DNA of 32,000 nt. Source: Candidatus Heimdallarchaeota archaeon. GTDB taxonomy: Archaea; Asgardarchaeota; Heimdallarchaeia; JABLTI01. The position numbers and the translations under genes were made by a program. The DNA lies in assembly GCA_030614005.1 (NCBI GenBank), contig JAUWKS010000032.1, positions 1 through 32,000 on the forward strand, given 5' to 3'. Of this stretch, positions 1 to 10,301 are shown in pieces. Position 1 is the stretch's first letter, and the number at the start of each line of letters is the position of its first letter. The notes beneath the pieces are model-generated. The model was given only the letters and a program-made list of their open reading frames with translations, was not told the origin of the DNA and made no database searches.

Positions 1-1
1 A

Positions 2-1018
2 ACCACCAGTACGTACGATTGGAGAGGATACACCTATGGTGGTGAAGAAGTTACTCACAATACTCCTGGCGCAGGTCGCTGGTATATTATGGTCCGAGAT
101 TACAGCGGAAGTGGTAATTATGAATTAGCTGTAACAATAACCTATAGTGGCCCAGATACTACCCCTCCAACAAATTCCATTACCAGCCCAAGCAATGGTG
201 CAACAGTAACTACTGCTGATGTTGCTGTTTCATGGTCCGGTTCTGATGCTGACAGTGGTATAGATTACTACGAAGTACGCATTGATTCAGGTTCATGGAT
301 AAACAAAGGAACAGGAACAAGTCACACCTTCACCGGTTTATCTGATGGAAGCCACACGGCAGAGGTTCGTGCTGTGGACAAAGCTAGCAATAGCAACACT
401 GACACTGTTACTTTTACAGTAGATACAACTGCTCCCGTTGGAGAAAAAATAGCTATTTTCTTCTGGGCAACTGATGCTGGAACACAAACAGTAACTAACA
501 AATACATTGACTATTTGCAAGATGAAGGCTATACAAAATTCTTTGATTTCAAAGATAGTACAAATGTCCAATCAGATTGTCAATCCATTGATGATTATGA
601 GGATAGTGACGATACTATTTTCGTTTACATCATCGGACATGGTAATAATAATGGTGCACACTCATATACCGCATTCCAACCAAGTGGTTCATATGTTTAC
701 TCAAATACCTTTAGAGGTTATATGGATGCTTGGGAAGCTACTCGAAAATGTATTTTAGTAGAATCTTGTCATTCAGGTGATTGGGCAGATGATTTTGCTG
801 CTAGTCCATACTTGGCAATGTCTACCTCTGATGAAACTCATAATTCTTATGCTTACGCTACTCTTCCTGGTGAAGGTAAATTCTCTTACTACTTCTTCCA
901 ACACGTTCACAATGGTTACAATGCAGTTGACTCATTCTACTATGCAAAAAGTTATGTTAGCTCTCCAGTTCAAAATCCAAAGATACGTGATTATTCCTCG
1001 TATGTTTGGTTTGTCTAA
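2..1018 (+). CDS. 5'-truncated multidomain secreted protease: PPC domain, Ig/FN3-like domain, C-terminal caspase/legumain-fold (C13/C14-like) domain
   Basis: Frame is open from base 2 (TTSTYDWRGYTYGGEEVTHNTPGAGRWYIMVRDYSGSGNY, PPC-like), so the ATG at 89 is internal. An Ig-like repeat follows (PTNSITSPSNGATV...GLSDGSHTAEVRAVDKASN). Dyad motifs IIGHG (His 638-640) and VESCHSG (Cys 767-769). Confidence 0.75.
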   Translation, partial: TTSTYDWRGYTYGGEEVTHNTPGAGRWYIMVRDYSGSGNYELAVTITYSGPDTTPPTNSITSPSNGATVTTADVAVSWSGSDADSGIDYYEVRIDSGSWINKGTGTSHTFTGLSDGSHTAEVRAVDKASNSNTDTVTFTVDTTAPVGEKIAIFFWATDAGTQTVTNKYIDYLQDEGYTKFFDFKDSTNVQSDCQSIDDYEDSDDTIFVYIIGHGNNNGAHSYTAFQPSGSYVYSNTFRGYMDAWEATRKCILVESCHSGDWADDFAASPYLAMSTSDETHNSYAYATLPGEGKFSYYFFQHVHNGYNAVDSFYYAKSYVSSPVQNPKIRDYSSYVWFV

Positions 1019-1246
1019 TAGCTTACAATTAACATGTTAGAAATAACATTATTTCAAATTAACAGATATACCTTATCGAATTTTGGTATATTTGTTAGTT
1101 CATTTTTTTTCTTTTATTTTTGTCCCTATCAAAGCACTCTTATAGTCGACCGACAAAATTATGTCTTAGATTGGTTGGAATTGCAGATTTATTGAGGGTA
1201 AAAACCAACCGATATTAGAATTACTTTAAATTGGGTGTAAATTAAA

Positions 1247-1603
1247 ATGAAAATAATGATTGTGGAAGATGATCCACTTATTAGACAATTATACGTTGAA
1301 GCTCTATCAAAGAATGGATACGAAGTAATTGCTGTTGCTTCAGATGGTGCCGAAGCAGTATTAGTATATAACAACCTCAACCAAAAACCGGATATTATTA
1401 TTTTAGATTTCCGTTTACCACAGAAAAATGGTTTTGAGGTTTCCCAAGAAATCTTAGCAGCCAATTCTTCTGCTGTAATTCTTATGATTAGTGGTGACCC
1501 AACTTTTGATCGAAAAGCGGTTATTAGTCAAGGTATTAGTATTATGCAGAAACCAGTTGAGATAAACGCAATTATAAGTGAAATATCTTTAATTTGTGGA
1601 TAA
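1247..1603 (+). CDS. Stand-alone response regulator receiver (CheY-like)
   Basis: IMIVEDD, phosphoacceptor IIILDFRLPQKNG, MISG, KP motif; no output domain. Confidence 0.93.
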   Translation: MKIMIVEDDPLIRQLYVEALSKNGYEVIAVASDGAEAVLVYNNLNQKPDIIILDFRLPQKNGFEVSQEILAANSSAVILMISGDPTFDRKAVISQGISIMQKPVEINAIISEISLICG

Positions 1604-1707
1604 TCGTAAAAACAATGGTCATTTTTTTCTCCAAAAGAAACTAATAGTATAGTTTGTTTACTAATCTAGAATATACATGGTATTGAGTTGATCTTTGGGG
1701 AAATAAA

Positions 1708-3117
1708 ATGAACGTTCTTGTGTTAAGTTTTCTTGTTGTTTCATCTGTTTTACTTCTAGTTTTAGTGGTCATTTCACTATCCTTTCTAGGGTTATATCTC
1801 TCAGAATTAGGTTTGTGGTTTTCTTGGATGCCAATTGGTTTAACTATTGCTTCTATTCCTTTTTTGATTCAATTTTCTGCAGAACCTCAACCAAGTGTCA
1901 ATTTCTTTTTATTATTGGTAAGTGTGATATTTAACATCGGAACATTTCTTAGATTGATTATACCCTTTCTAATGATCTTTCGAACAAATAGAGCATTCCG
2001 AGCTCAAATGAAGCAATCATTAGGAGTAGATTATTTATTGTATATAGCCCCTTCAATTAAATCTCGCTTTTTCAGGGATGTTCACTTTCGATTAAAGCAT
2101 TATTTCTGTGGAATACGAGAAAAAAGTCTTCTTCAGAATCTTGAGATACACGAAGATATTGTTTACAGAACAATTGGTGGTGAGGAACTAAAATTAGATG
2201 CTTACTATCCAAGAAAAGATGGAACTTATCCGATTATTATTTTTATTCACGGTGGTGGATGGATGAGAGGTTCAAAAGATGTAGGTACGAATGAAAAAGT
2301 TGCAATGCTGTTAGCTACCTATGGTTATTCTGTTTTTAATATAGATTATCGGTTATCTCCGTCAGAACCTCTAACTCATAATATCAAGGGTCCTCACGAA
2401 CACCCGACTATTCTCGAAATGGTCTCAGATGTAAAATCAGCAATTTCGTTTACTTTGAAAAATGGCAATCAATACAAAGGTGATACTGATAACATTTTCC
2501 TATTTGGTAGATCCGCTGGTGCACACTTGTCTCTTTTAGCAGCATTTAGTTTTGATGAAAGTTTCTTTGATGATGGTAATGATAATTTCTCTTTAGCTAA
2601 TTCTCCTATAACAGGTGTGATAGCATTCTATCCCATAACTGATATGGAAGATTTAGATGAATTCTATGATGATTTAAATCCTCTAAAATTAGCCCTTGTA
2701 AGGGGTACTGGTGGAACACCTGAAGAAAAACTCAATTTATATGAATTGTTCTCTCCAATAAAATATGTGACAGAAGAAAATGCATCAAAGCTTCCCCCCG
2801 TTTTTCTTGCAGCGGGAAAATATGACCGAATTGTCGATGTCTATCAATCAGAAGAATTATCTGAAGAGCTTGCAAAATTGACTATTCCTAATGTGTACCT
2901 TGAACTTCCTTGGGCAAATCATGCATTTGATTTGATGCTTTCCGGACCAGGAGGACAATTGGTGATAAAATATATGACCCAATTTTTAGTTTGGAGTCTC
3001 TCGAGAAAGAATTTACTACAAATTGAGGAGCTTGCAAATGAATCGGGGTTAAAGAATATTGTTTCTTTTGCCAAGATGAAATCAATTCAGCAATCGAAGA
3101 AAAGAAATTCAGATTAA
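1708..3117 (+). CDS. Membrane-anchored alpha/beta hydrolase, HSL-family esterase/lipase
   Basis: N-terminal hydrophobic helices, HGGGW, FNIDYRL, GRSAG nucleophile, GKYD Asp, ANHAF His. Confidence 0.9.
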   Translation: MNVLVLSFLVVSSVLLLVLVVISLSFLGLYLSELGLWFSWMPIGLTIASIPFLIQFSAEPQPSVNFFLLLVSVIFNIGTFLRLIIPFLMIFRTNRAFRAQMKQSLGVDYLLYIAPSIKSRFFRDVHFRLKHYFCGIREKSLLQNLEIHEDIVYRTIGGEELKLDAYYPRKDGTYPIIIFIHGGGWMRGSKDVGTNEKVAMLLATYGYSVFNIDYRLSPSEPLTHNIKGPHEHPTILEMVSDVKSAISFTLKNGNQYKGDTDNIFLFGRSAGAHLSLLAAFSFDESFFDDGNDNFSLANSPITGVIAFYPITDMEDLDEFYDDLNPLKLALVRGTGGTPEEKLNLYELFSPIKYVTEENASKLPPVFLAAGKYDRIVDVYQSEELSEELAKLTIPNVYLELPWANHAFDLMLSGPGGQLVIKYMTQFLVWSLSRKNLLQIEELANESGLKNIVSFAKMKSIQQSKKRNSD

Positions 3118-3208
3118 GTTTAGAATAATTTATCTAAAATTGTTGAATTGAATGATATTGATTGAATTATTGATCAGCATTTACCAAATCGATTTTTTTA
3201 TCAGATTT

Positions 3209-3229
3209 ATGTACTAATATATAGTACAT
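3209..3229. promoter_or_regulatory. Perfect 8-bp inverted repeat around an AT-rich core upstream of the second esterase; possible operator
   Basis: ATGTACTA-ATATA-TAGTACAT. Confidence 0.3.
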
Positions 3230-3244
3230 TATGCCATAGTTCAA

Positions 3245-4711
3245 TTGTGTATAGTAGTACTAGTGGGATGGACAAATTATTTGATAGCACAAGCAATAAT
3301 ACTCTTAGTATTTGCAGTAATTTTATTCTTATTACTTGTACCAATTTCTTATTCCATTATTGGAATTTGGTTATCAGAAATAGGTTTCTGGATTGCTTGG
3401 ATCCCGCTAGGAATGATTGTTTATGAAATATACCAAATTTTAGCAATAGAATCACAAAATGATTTACTGTCTGTTCAAGGGATATACTTCGTCTGTATCA
3501 TCTTTAATTCGATATCCTTTGTAAGAATGATTATTCCATTCTTTAGAGTTAAATCTACAAATAACCGTCTTTCAAAAACAATGAATCAATATCTTGGGTC
3601 TGACTATCTTCATTATATTGCTTCATCAAATTGTGTTGGATTCTCTAGTTGTATAAAATTCAAGTTGTTTTATTATTTCACAAGTTTACAACGTAAGAAT
3701 TTAAATAAGCGAGTAATAACGGCCAGAAATCTAACTTATCGTGTGATCGATGGAAATGAATTGAAATTAAATGTTCATTATCCAAAAACCGAAGGGATAA
3801 ATCCTATCATTATATTCATCCATGGTGGAGGGTGGATAATAGGCTCTAAAGACAAACCAGCCAATGATCGAATCTGTAAATTATTAGCAAGTTTTGGATA
3901 TACTGTATTCAATATCAACTATCGATTGATACCTCCTGAATATCTTTTCTCAAAAAAACCGCTAATGATTGAAAATCCCCGGTTAATTGATTTAGTTTCA
4001 GATGTTGATAGCGCAATATCTTTTGCAAGAAAAAACGCTCAAGAATATAATGGGAATTTAAACAGTTTATTTCTATTTGGGCGCTCTGCAGGAGCACATT
4101 TAGCTTTGTTGAGTGCGTTTCTACCTGAAACATATTCAAAAATATCTGGTGTAATTGCCTTTTATCCAATTACGGATCTTGAAGGATTCTATGATTTTTA
4201 TCAAAAAAATCACAAGCGAAAAATCTCTTTGGTCAGAAGTACAATTGATAATTCAGATGATCACAAAATGTTATACAGACTCTTCTCACCATTGAGCTAT
4301 GTTAATGAAGATACAAGTGACAATATTCCACCAGTTTTCTTGGCTACAGGAGATAGAGATCGGCTTGTAAATCCTGAACAGTCAAAGAAATTATTCAATC
4401 GAATGCAAGAATTGGGAATACGAAGTGTGTTATTAGATCTTCCTTGGGCAAATCACGGTTTTGATCAAGTTCTTCTTGGTCCGGGAGGACAATTGATGTT
4501 CAAGTATGTCCTTCAATTTTTGGCTTGGGTTATAGCTCAGCAAGAACTGGACGATATAGAATTTAAAGCGAAAGAATATGGCTTAGATTCTATTGTCTCT
4601 CGAGAGAAAATTCACTCTATACATAGTTCTGATGATACAAGAAAAGCTAGGGAAGAGACTATTGTGAATATTGTCTCAACGAATAAAGAACGCTACAGAA
4701 ACGATAAGTAG
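3245..4711 (+). CDS. Membrane-anchored HSL-family alpha/beta hydrolase, tandem paralog of 1708-3117 (start uncertain)
   Basis: HGGGW, FNINYRL, GRSAG, GDRD, ANHGF; shared C-terminal GPGGQL motif. Confidence 0.9.
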   Translation: MCIVVLVGWTNYLIAQAIILLVFAVILFLLLVPISYSIIGIWLSEIGFWIAWIPLGMIVYEIYQILAIESQNDLLSVQGIYFVCIIFNSISFVRMIIPFFRVKSTNNRLSKTMNQYLGSDYLHYIASSNCVGFSSCIKFKLFYYFTSLQRKNLNKRVITARNLTYRVIDGNELKLNVHYPKTEGINPIIIFIHGGGWIIGSKDKPANDRICKLLASFGYTVFNINYRLIPPEYLFSKKPLMIENPRLIDLVSDVDSAISFARKNAQEYNGNLNSLFLFGRSAGAHLALLSAFLPETYSKISGVIAFYPITDLEGFYDFYQKNHKRKISLVRSTIDNSDDHKMLYRLFSPLSYVNEDTSDNIPPVFLATGDRDRLVNPEQSKKLFNRMQELGIRSVLLDLPWANHGFDQVLLGPGGQLMFKYVLQFLAWVIAQQELDDIEFKAKEYGLDSIVSREKIHSIHSSDDTRKAREETIVNIVSTNKERYRNDK

Positions 4712-4748
4712 TTATTCATATTAAATAAGCAAATAATAGGACGTAAGT

Positions 4749-5318
4749 GTGATGGTTAATCGTTGCTGGTGGGCTGGGACAGACAAAATGTATAATGATT
4801 ATCATGATATTGAATGGGGTGTTCCTGTTCATGATGATAGAGTTCTTTTTGAGTTTTTAACTTTGGAAGGGGCACAAGCTGGTCTCAGCTGGAGAACAAT
4901 ACTCGAGAGAAGAGAGAACTATCGACTGGCATTTGACAACTTTGATTACAAGAAAATTGCACAATACAGTGAAAGTAAAGCTGAAGAACTAAGAAATAAT
5001 GCTGGAATCATTAGAAACAAATTGAAAATTCGTTCCACCATTACAAATGCAATTGCTTTTCTTGCAGTGCAAAAGGAATTCGGTTCTTTTGACGCATATA
5101 TTTGGGGTTTTGTTAATAATAAACCAATTCAAAATAATTTCAAAGAACCAAAGGATGTTCCCGCTAAAACTGAACTATCAGAGGATATTAGCAAAGATTT
5201 GAAAAAACGAGGTTTCAAATTTGTGGGACCAACGATTGTTTATGCTTACATGCAAGCAGTTGGTTTGGTGAATGATCACACTATGGATTGTTTTCGATAC
5301 AAAGAATTGTTAGAATGA
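4749..5318 (+). CDS. tag: DNA-3-methyladenine glycosylase I
   Basis: RCWW, YHDIEWGVP, LEGAQAGLSW, IIRNKLKI, GFKFVGPTIVYAYMQAVGLVNDH, C-terminal CF zinc ligands. Confidence 0.96.
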   Translation: MMVNRCWWAGTDKMYNDYHDIEWGVPVHDDRVLFEFLTLEGAQAGLSWRTILERRENYRLAFDNFDYKKIAQYSESKAEELRNNAGIIRNKLKIRSTITNAIAFLAVQKEFGSFDAYIWGFVNNKPIQNNFKEPKDVPAKTELSEDISKDLKKRGFKFVGPTIVYAYMQAVGLVNDHTMDCFRYKELLE

Positions 5319-5335
5319 CTTTTTGGTTAATCAAT

Positions 5336-5929
5336 TTATTTTCTTTTCCTTCGAGCAATTATACTAAAAAAGGCAAAAGCAAGTATCCCAGTAATAATCG
5401 TTATTGGCATTTCAAAACCAATATTTCCTGTAGGTACTAATCCATCATCGATTTGATAGTATTCTAGAGAAAGGTAGAGCGTATCTTGGATTGCACTAGT
5501 TAAGCTTTGATCATTGTCAACTTCAAAGAAGAATTTCAAAGGGAGGCTGTATTCCTCTGTCTCTGAAGCATTAATATTGATACTAACATTTCCACTACTT
5601 TCTTGGCAGCGAAGAATGCGTAAATGTCCTAAATTGCCAAATTCACTTTGCTCTACATCGGATAATACTCCATAACTCCAAAAATTAATCACCGCTGCAG
5701 AACATGTTGCTCCTACAGTTCCAGGCCAATCAAAATAGGCAATAAATTCTCCATTCCCGGATACTTCAAAGATTTCAATTGGTGTATCTTTTGAAGTGCT
5801 TTCTGATATCTTAAATGAAGTAGTATAGGTTGGTGTAACTTCTAAACTAGTAAGAGATTGTAAGTTTAGAGAATTTATACTTAGAGCAATCAGTAAAATA
5901 ATGGTTGCACTCTTTAACGATTTGGACAT
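5336..5929 (-). CDS. Hypothetical exported protein with signal peptide and C-terminal TM anchor
   Basis: Hydrophobic N-terminus; C-terminal hydrophobic helix followed by RRKRK. Confidence 0.75.
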   Translation of the reverse strand: MSKSLKSATIILLIALSINSLNLQSLTSLEVTPTYTTSFKISESTSKDTPIEIFEVSGNGEFIAYFDWPGTVGATCSAAVINFWSYGVLSDVEQSEFGNLGHLRILRCQESSGNVSININASETEEYSLPLKFFFEVDNDQSLTSAIQDTLYLSLEYYQIDDGLVPTGNIGFEMPITIITGILAFAFFSIIARRKRK

Positions 5930-6045
5930 TATTGATTCACCAAGTAATTAGCTGCACGGCACGGTTTTAGTCTATTCATTAAAAAAGTAACAAGAAGGGA
6001 GGAAAAAAAGTTAGAAATGAAAGAATTTCCCAACAATCACTATAC

Positions 6046-6627
6046 CTAGAGTGTTGGGATATCTGCAATAGTGTATAATCTTGCTAAAGCCAGTAACAGA
6101 CCCATACAAACACAGAGAAAAGCATTGCCTAAAAGCCATCTTTCAGTCCATTTAACATTAAGAGTTCTGCGTTGCTTTCCATTCCTATCTTTGTAAATAA
6201 AAGGAACATGCATAAGAAAAGTGCCTTTTTTCTGACCAATGCGAAGCACTCCATTTCTCAAATCTCGAACATTGATATTCGGAAAATAGTCTAAGAAAAG
6301 ATGTGAACCATATGCAATAATGAACGGGATAAAACAACTAATGAGAGGATCATTAACTGTTACCCTCCACCACATACTTAACCCGAAAACAATTCCAGGG
6401 TAAAAGGATGAGTGGGATACAATATCTCTGTGAGACATAAAGCTAAAGAGAACATCAAAATCCGGTCCTTCAGCCCCAAGAATCGCTAATAATAATGCAA
6501 TAACCCAATAAAGCCAAATATCCGAAAATCCCGCACCAAATTTATTGTTAATAAGGATGAAATCAATGGGGATATATGCTGCGCCTAATACTATACCAAC
6601 TGTTACATGAGCAGTTCTGTTTGCCAA
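6046..6627 (-). CDS. Membrane-bound metal-dependent hydrolase (YdjM-like)
   Basis: TAHVTVG, GPDFD, HRDIVSHS, GSHLFLD motifs. Start reassigned to TTG at 6627, which follows an AGGTGG Shine-Dalgarno (SD)-like motif. Confidence 0.8.
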   Translation of the reverse strand: MANRTAHVTVGIVLGAAYIPIDFILINNKFGAGFSDIWLYWVIALLLAILGAEGPDFDVLFSFMSHRDIVSHSSFYPGIVFGLSMWWRVTVNDPLISCFIPFIIAYGSHLFLDYFPNINVRDLRNGVLRIGQKKGTFLMHVPFIYKDRNGKQRRTLNVKWTERWLLGNAFLCVCMGLLLALARLYTIADIPTL

Positions 6628-6778
6628 TAAATTCCCACCTGTGTTTTTTTTTCTTTTAAGAGAAATATGGTGGTTAGCGCTCAAAGATGTAAAAATCTTT
6701 TGGGGAAGAAACGCACTTCAGAATTCAAAAAAAATTGATATAGGGGAATAATACATCGAACACACGAGGAAGCAATAT

Positions 6779-7756
6779 TTGACAATTCAGGATGATAAGA
6801 ATAATACTGCTGGTTTTAAGGAATTATCATTCAAATATGATGGTCCAAAATGGGATGCTCATGTTCACCTCTACAAACTAGATGATGTTCGTGAATTTGT
6901 TAAGTATTCTAAAGGGTACAACGTCCAAAAGATGACTGCTATTGTAAGAGACGATTGGAAAACTTATGAAAAAGAATTTCCCGAAACATTCGCATTCGCT
7001 CGTTTCATTATGTCTCAGGATCTTTTTACAGGTGATATTCAAGCAGTTGTCAATGATGTGCAAGAAATGCATGACTCTGGCTATCCTATAGCAAAATTCT
7101 GGTATGCCCCTAGATGGAGAAAATATGTAGAAGAGAAGTATCAAGCTAATATTGAAGGATTTAGAATTGATAATCCAGATTTAGACCCAATCTTTTCCAA
7201 AATCGAAGATTTAGGACTAACGTTACTTTTTCATATCTCTGATCCAGACATTTTTTATGATACTAAATACCAACCAACCAATTATTACGGGACAAAAAAA
7301 CAACACCTGGAAGAATTTGAGAATATTATCTCGAGACACCCAAATATGAACGTCATTGGTGCACACATGTCCGGACAACCGGAACACTTGGATGATTTAG
7401 GCAAGTGGTTTGAAAAATACCCTAACTTTTATGTTGATACTTCATCTGCAAAGTGGATGGTCCGTGAATTTTCCTATGATCCAGATGGAACAGCTGAATT
7501 TTTTGTCAAGTATCAAGACAGAATAATGTTCGGTACAGACATTGTAACAGGAAGAACTGATCGCGAACCAATTCCAGGATACTATTACAAGCGCTATCTA
7601 TCTCTTTTAGCATTATTGGAAACAGATGTGAGAGATTTACCATTGCCCGTTGAAGATCCTGAAAATAATAATAAAACGGTTATTAATGGTTTAGACCTTC
7701 CAATGAATGTTTTGAGAAAAATCTACTGGGAAAATGCCAAACAACTTTTTGGTTAA
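6779..7756 (+). CDS. Amidohydrolase family 2 protein
   Basis: DAHVH, LLFHISDP, IGAHM, YVDTSS, IMFGTD, IYWENAKQLF. Confidence 0.9.
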   Translation: MTIQDDKNNTAGFKELSFKYDGPKWDAHVHLYKLDDVREFVKYSKGYNVQKMTAIVRDDWKTYEKEFPETFAFARFIMSQDLFTGDIQAVVNDVQEMHDSGYPIAKFWYAPRWRKYVEEKYQANIEGFRIDNPDLDPIFSKIEDLGLTLLFHISDPDIFYDTKYQPTNYYGTKKQHLEEFENIISRHPNMNVIGAHMSGQPEHLDDLGKWFEKYPNFYVDTSSAKWMVREFSYDPDGTAEFFVKYQDRIMFGTDIVTGRTDREPIPGYYYKRYLSLLALLETDVRDLPLPVEDPENNNKTVINGLDLPMNVLRKIYWENAKQLFG

Positions 7757-7886
7757 TCAAGTCCAATTTTCAATTTGGTTATTAGCTTTATATACTCGAT
7801 TGTTCCGTCCACATTCAGCGGTCGAAAAAACTGTTAGTTTTAGCCTGTACCGCAAAACTCTGATATTTAGGCAGGGAGAAATAAAT

Positions 7887-9578
7887 TTGAAATTTATACA
7901 ATTAGATGATGGTGAATCTCAGCTACAAAAAGCTGTTAAACTACTAAAAAAGAACGGTTACAAAAGTTCAATCATAGAATTTGAAAGTGGAATCGAACAA
8001 ATAGTAGCAAATAGAATAAAACAATTGGAAAAAAATCTCGAGCAATTAGAGAGCAGCTATACACAATTGGCTAAAAGAATTAGAGGATTCTTTCGAATGG
8101 AATTACCAAGTGGTAAATTAACTTTGGTCGATCAATTTTTGTCCGAGTTGAGTGGGTACCCCCCAAATGTATGGACAGAAACACCAAATTTCATAGAGAA
8201 AATAATCCATCCAGATCATTCCTCTTATTATCAAGAAAATTTCCAGAATCTTTTGAATAACCAAGTGCCGAATCTTCTTGAATACAAAATCATTCGTGCA
8301 GATGGTGAAGTAAGATGGTGGTTGCAATTTTCAATAGGTGCTTTTAATTCCGACGGAAAATTGATCTCAATATCCGCAGTATTGATAGATAACACTGAAA
8401 ACAAAAAGAGAGAGATCAAATATAGTAATCTATGTGAAAGCGTAACAGCAGGTATTTTTGTTGTTAATTTTAAAACCGGTCAGATATTAGAAGCAAATCA
8501 AAAGGTGGTTGAGGGTTTGGGGTACTCTTCAGTTGAGGAACTAAAACAGAACAAGACATCTATTGATCATTATTACAATGCTTCTGATCGAGCACTAGTC
8601 ATAAAGAAACTCATAGATGAGACGAAAATAATTGATTACGAGTTGCCATTGAAGCACAAAGATGGGCACCCAATATGGGTTAGCCTTTCAGCCAAACTTT
8701 ATCCAAAAGAGGGTTACATTGAAGGAATAGCTATAAACATTTCTCAAAGAAAGATTACTGAGAGCAAATTACGTGAAAGTGAAGAGTTATTCCGAACTTT
8801 GGCAGAACAATCTGTAGCAGGGATTCTTTTAATTCAAGATGATAAGATAGTCTTTGCAAATGATGTAATAGCAAAGCACTCCGGATATACTTTGGAAGAA
8901 TTTCTGTCATTAAATGCCAATGATTTTCTTAAACTTGTCCACAAAAAAGACCAACCATTTTTTGAAGAACAATTGAACAAAGTAACTATTCAAGGCTCTG
9001 CTCCAGAATACTATATAAGAATTATCTCCAAATCTGGAGAAACTATCTGGGTATCAATGCAAATGAACAAATTTGAGTTTCAAGGTAGCTCAATGATTGC
9101 TGCAACAATTGTTGAAGTAACAAAAAGAGTTGCTTTTGAGCAAAAACTTCGTGAAGAACGTAATCTAGCTCAGAAATATTTTGATATTGCAGGTGTACTG
9201 TTACTCGTTCTCGATGTGAATGAAAATGTAGTTCAAATTAATGAACGCGGCTGCAAAATATTGGGTTACACAAAAGAGGAAATGATTGGAAAAAACTGGA
9301 TAGAGAATTTTCTACCTAAAAGAATAAGATCTATGGTCAGAACAACTTTTGGAAAAGTCCTCTCTGGTGAAATAACGCCTGATAAATATTACGAGAATTA
9401 TATTCTAACGAAAACGGGAGAAGAACGACTTATCACTTGGCACAATACTGTAATAAAAAGCGCAGAAGGAGATATTGAAGCGATAATCAGTTCTGGTGAA
9501 GATATCACTCAATGGCGATTGGCTGAAGAAATTTTACTAGATAATGATTTGAATATCAATAAAATGCTCAAAAAGTAA
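7887..9578 (+). CDS. Four-PAS-domain sensor protein without output domain
   Basis: Four PAS/PAC repeats (IHPDH..RADGEVRW; EANQ..HKDGHPIWV; FAND..SKSGETIWV; QINE..TKTGEERLITW). Start reassigned to TTG at 7887 after GGGAG, which removes the overlap with the upstream gene. Confidence 0.85.
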   Translation: MKFIQLDDGESQLQKAVKLLKKNGYKSSIIEFESGIEQIVANRIKQLEKNLEQLESSYTQLAKRIRGFFRMELPSGKLTLVDQFLSELSGYPPNVWTETPNFIEKIIHPDHSSYYQENFQNLLNNQVPNLLEYKIIRADGEVRWWLQFSIGAFNSDGKLISISAVLIDNTENKKREIKYSNLCESVTAGIFVVNFKTGQILEANQKVVEGLGYSSVEELKQNKTSIDHYYNASDRALVIKKLIDETKIIDYELPLKHKDGHPIWVSLSAKLYPKEGYIEGIAINISQRKITESKLRESEELFRTLAEQSVAGILLIQDDKIVFANDVIAKHSGYTLEEFLSLNANDFLKLVHKKDQPFFEEQLNKVTIQGSAPEYYIRIISKSGETIWVSMQMNKFEFQGSSMIAATIVEVTKRVAFEQKLREERNLAQKYFDIAGVLLLVLDVNENVVQINERGCKILGYTKEEMIGKNWIENFLPKRIRSMVRTTFGKVLSGEITPDKYYENYILTKTGEERLITWHNTVIKSAEGDIEAIISSGEDITQWRLAEEILLDNDLNINKMLKK

Positions 9579-9643
9579 AGAATTTTGAAGACCATTCATT
9601 TTAAAAAATTAAAAGAAGAAAGAACTTTCAGGTTCTTCTTCTA

Positions 9644-9898
9644 TTATGCTTTACTTCCAAAACGTGTTCTGAATCTTGAATATCCTCTCGAGTGATAATT
9701 TCTAAAAACTCCTTTTGAAAGGATGGTATCACCACACCTCGGACAAGAGTAGAAGTTTTGATAGTATTTGTGTTCTTTGAATTTCAATGTAATGAGTTGT
9801 CCACAGTTTGGACAAAATCTCAGTGTTTTCATTTCTTCACGCGCTTCTCGTTGCCAATCAATTAATGTATCTTCGTCAAACATTCTTATCGGAACCAA
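9644..9898 (-). CDS. Small zinc-ribbon protein
   Basis: CPNCG and CPRCG pairs. Confidence 0.7.
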   Translation of the reverse strand: MVPIRMFDEDTLIDWQREAREEMKTLRFCPNCGQLITLKFKEHKYYQNFYSCPRCGDTILSKGVFRNYHSRGYSRFRTRFGSKA

Positions 9899-10090
9899 TC
9901 GTTTTTTCTCTCAGTAGTGGTCCCAAAGTTTCCTGTTCTAAATTCAATTGGCAATTCATTTTACACAATATAAAACACTAGAAAAACAAATCTTTATCTC
10001 GTTTAAGAGAAAACTATGATAAAATGTATAATGAGAAATTTTTGCACAGAAAAATGCTGTTCAGTGCAAGAGCTTTGGTCTAATTCACTC

Positions 10091-10107
10091 AACTTAACCG
10101 TTAAGTT
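10091..10107. promoter_or_regulatory. Perfect 8-bp inverted repeat in a divergent intergenic region; possible operator
   Basis: AACTTAAC-C-GTTAAGTT. Confidence 0.3.
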
Positions 10108-10301
10108 CACAACATATACTGAATTAGTGTTTTTAAACCCAACAAATAGATTGTGAGAAAATAAACCTGATTTTTACAGATTAATCAAATTAAGTTTCTG
10201 AATACAAAATGATATAAATTCCTTTTTCTCATTCATTTTAAGGAAAAAGTAAATAGTTTTGCTAACGATAAATAACAATAAAATCACCAGAGTTTTTCAC
10301 T

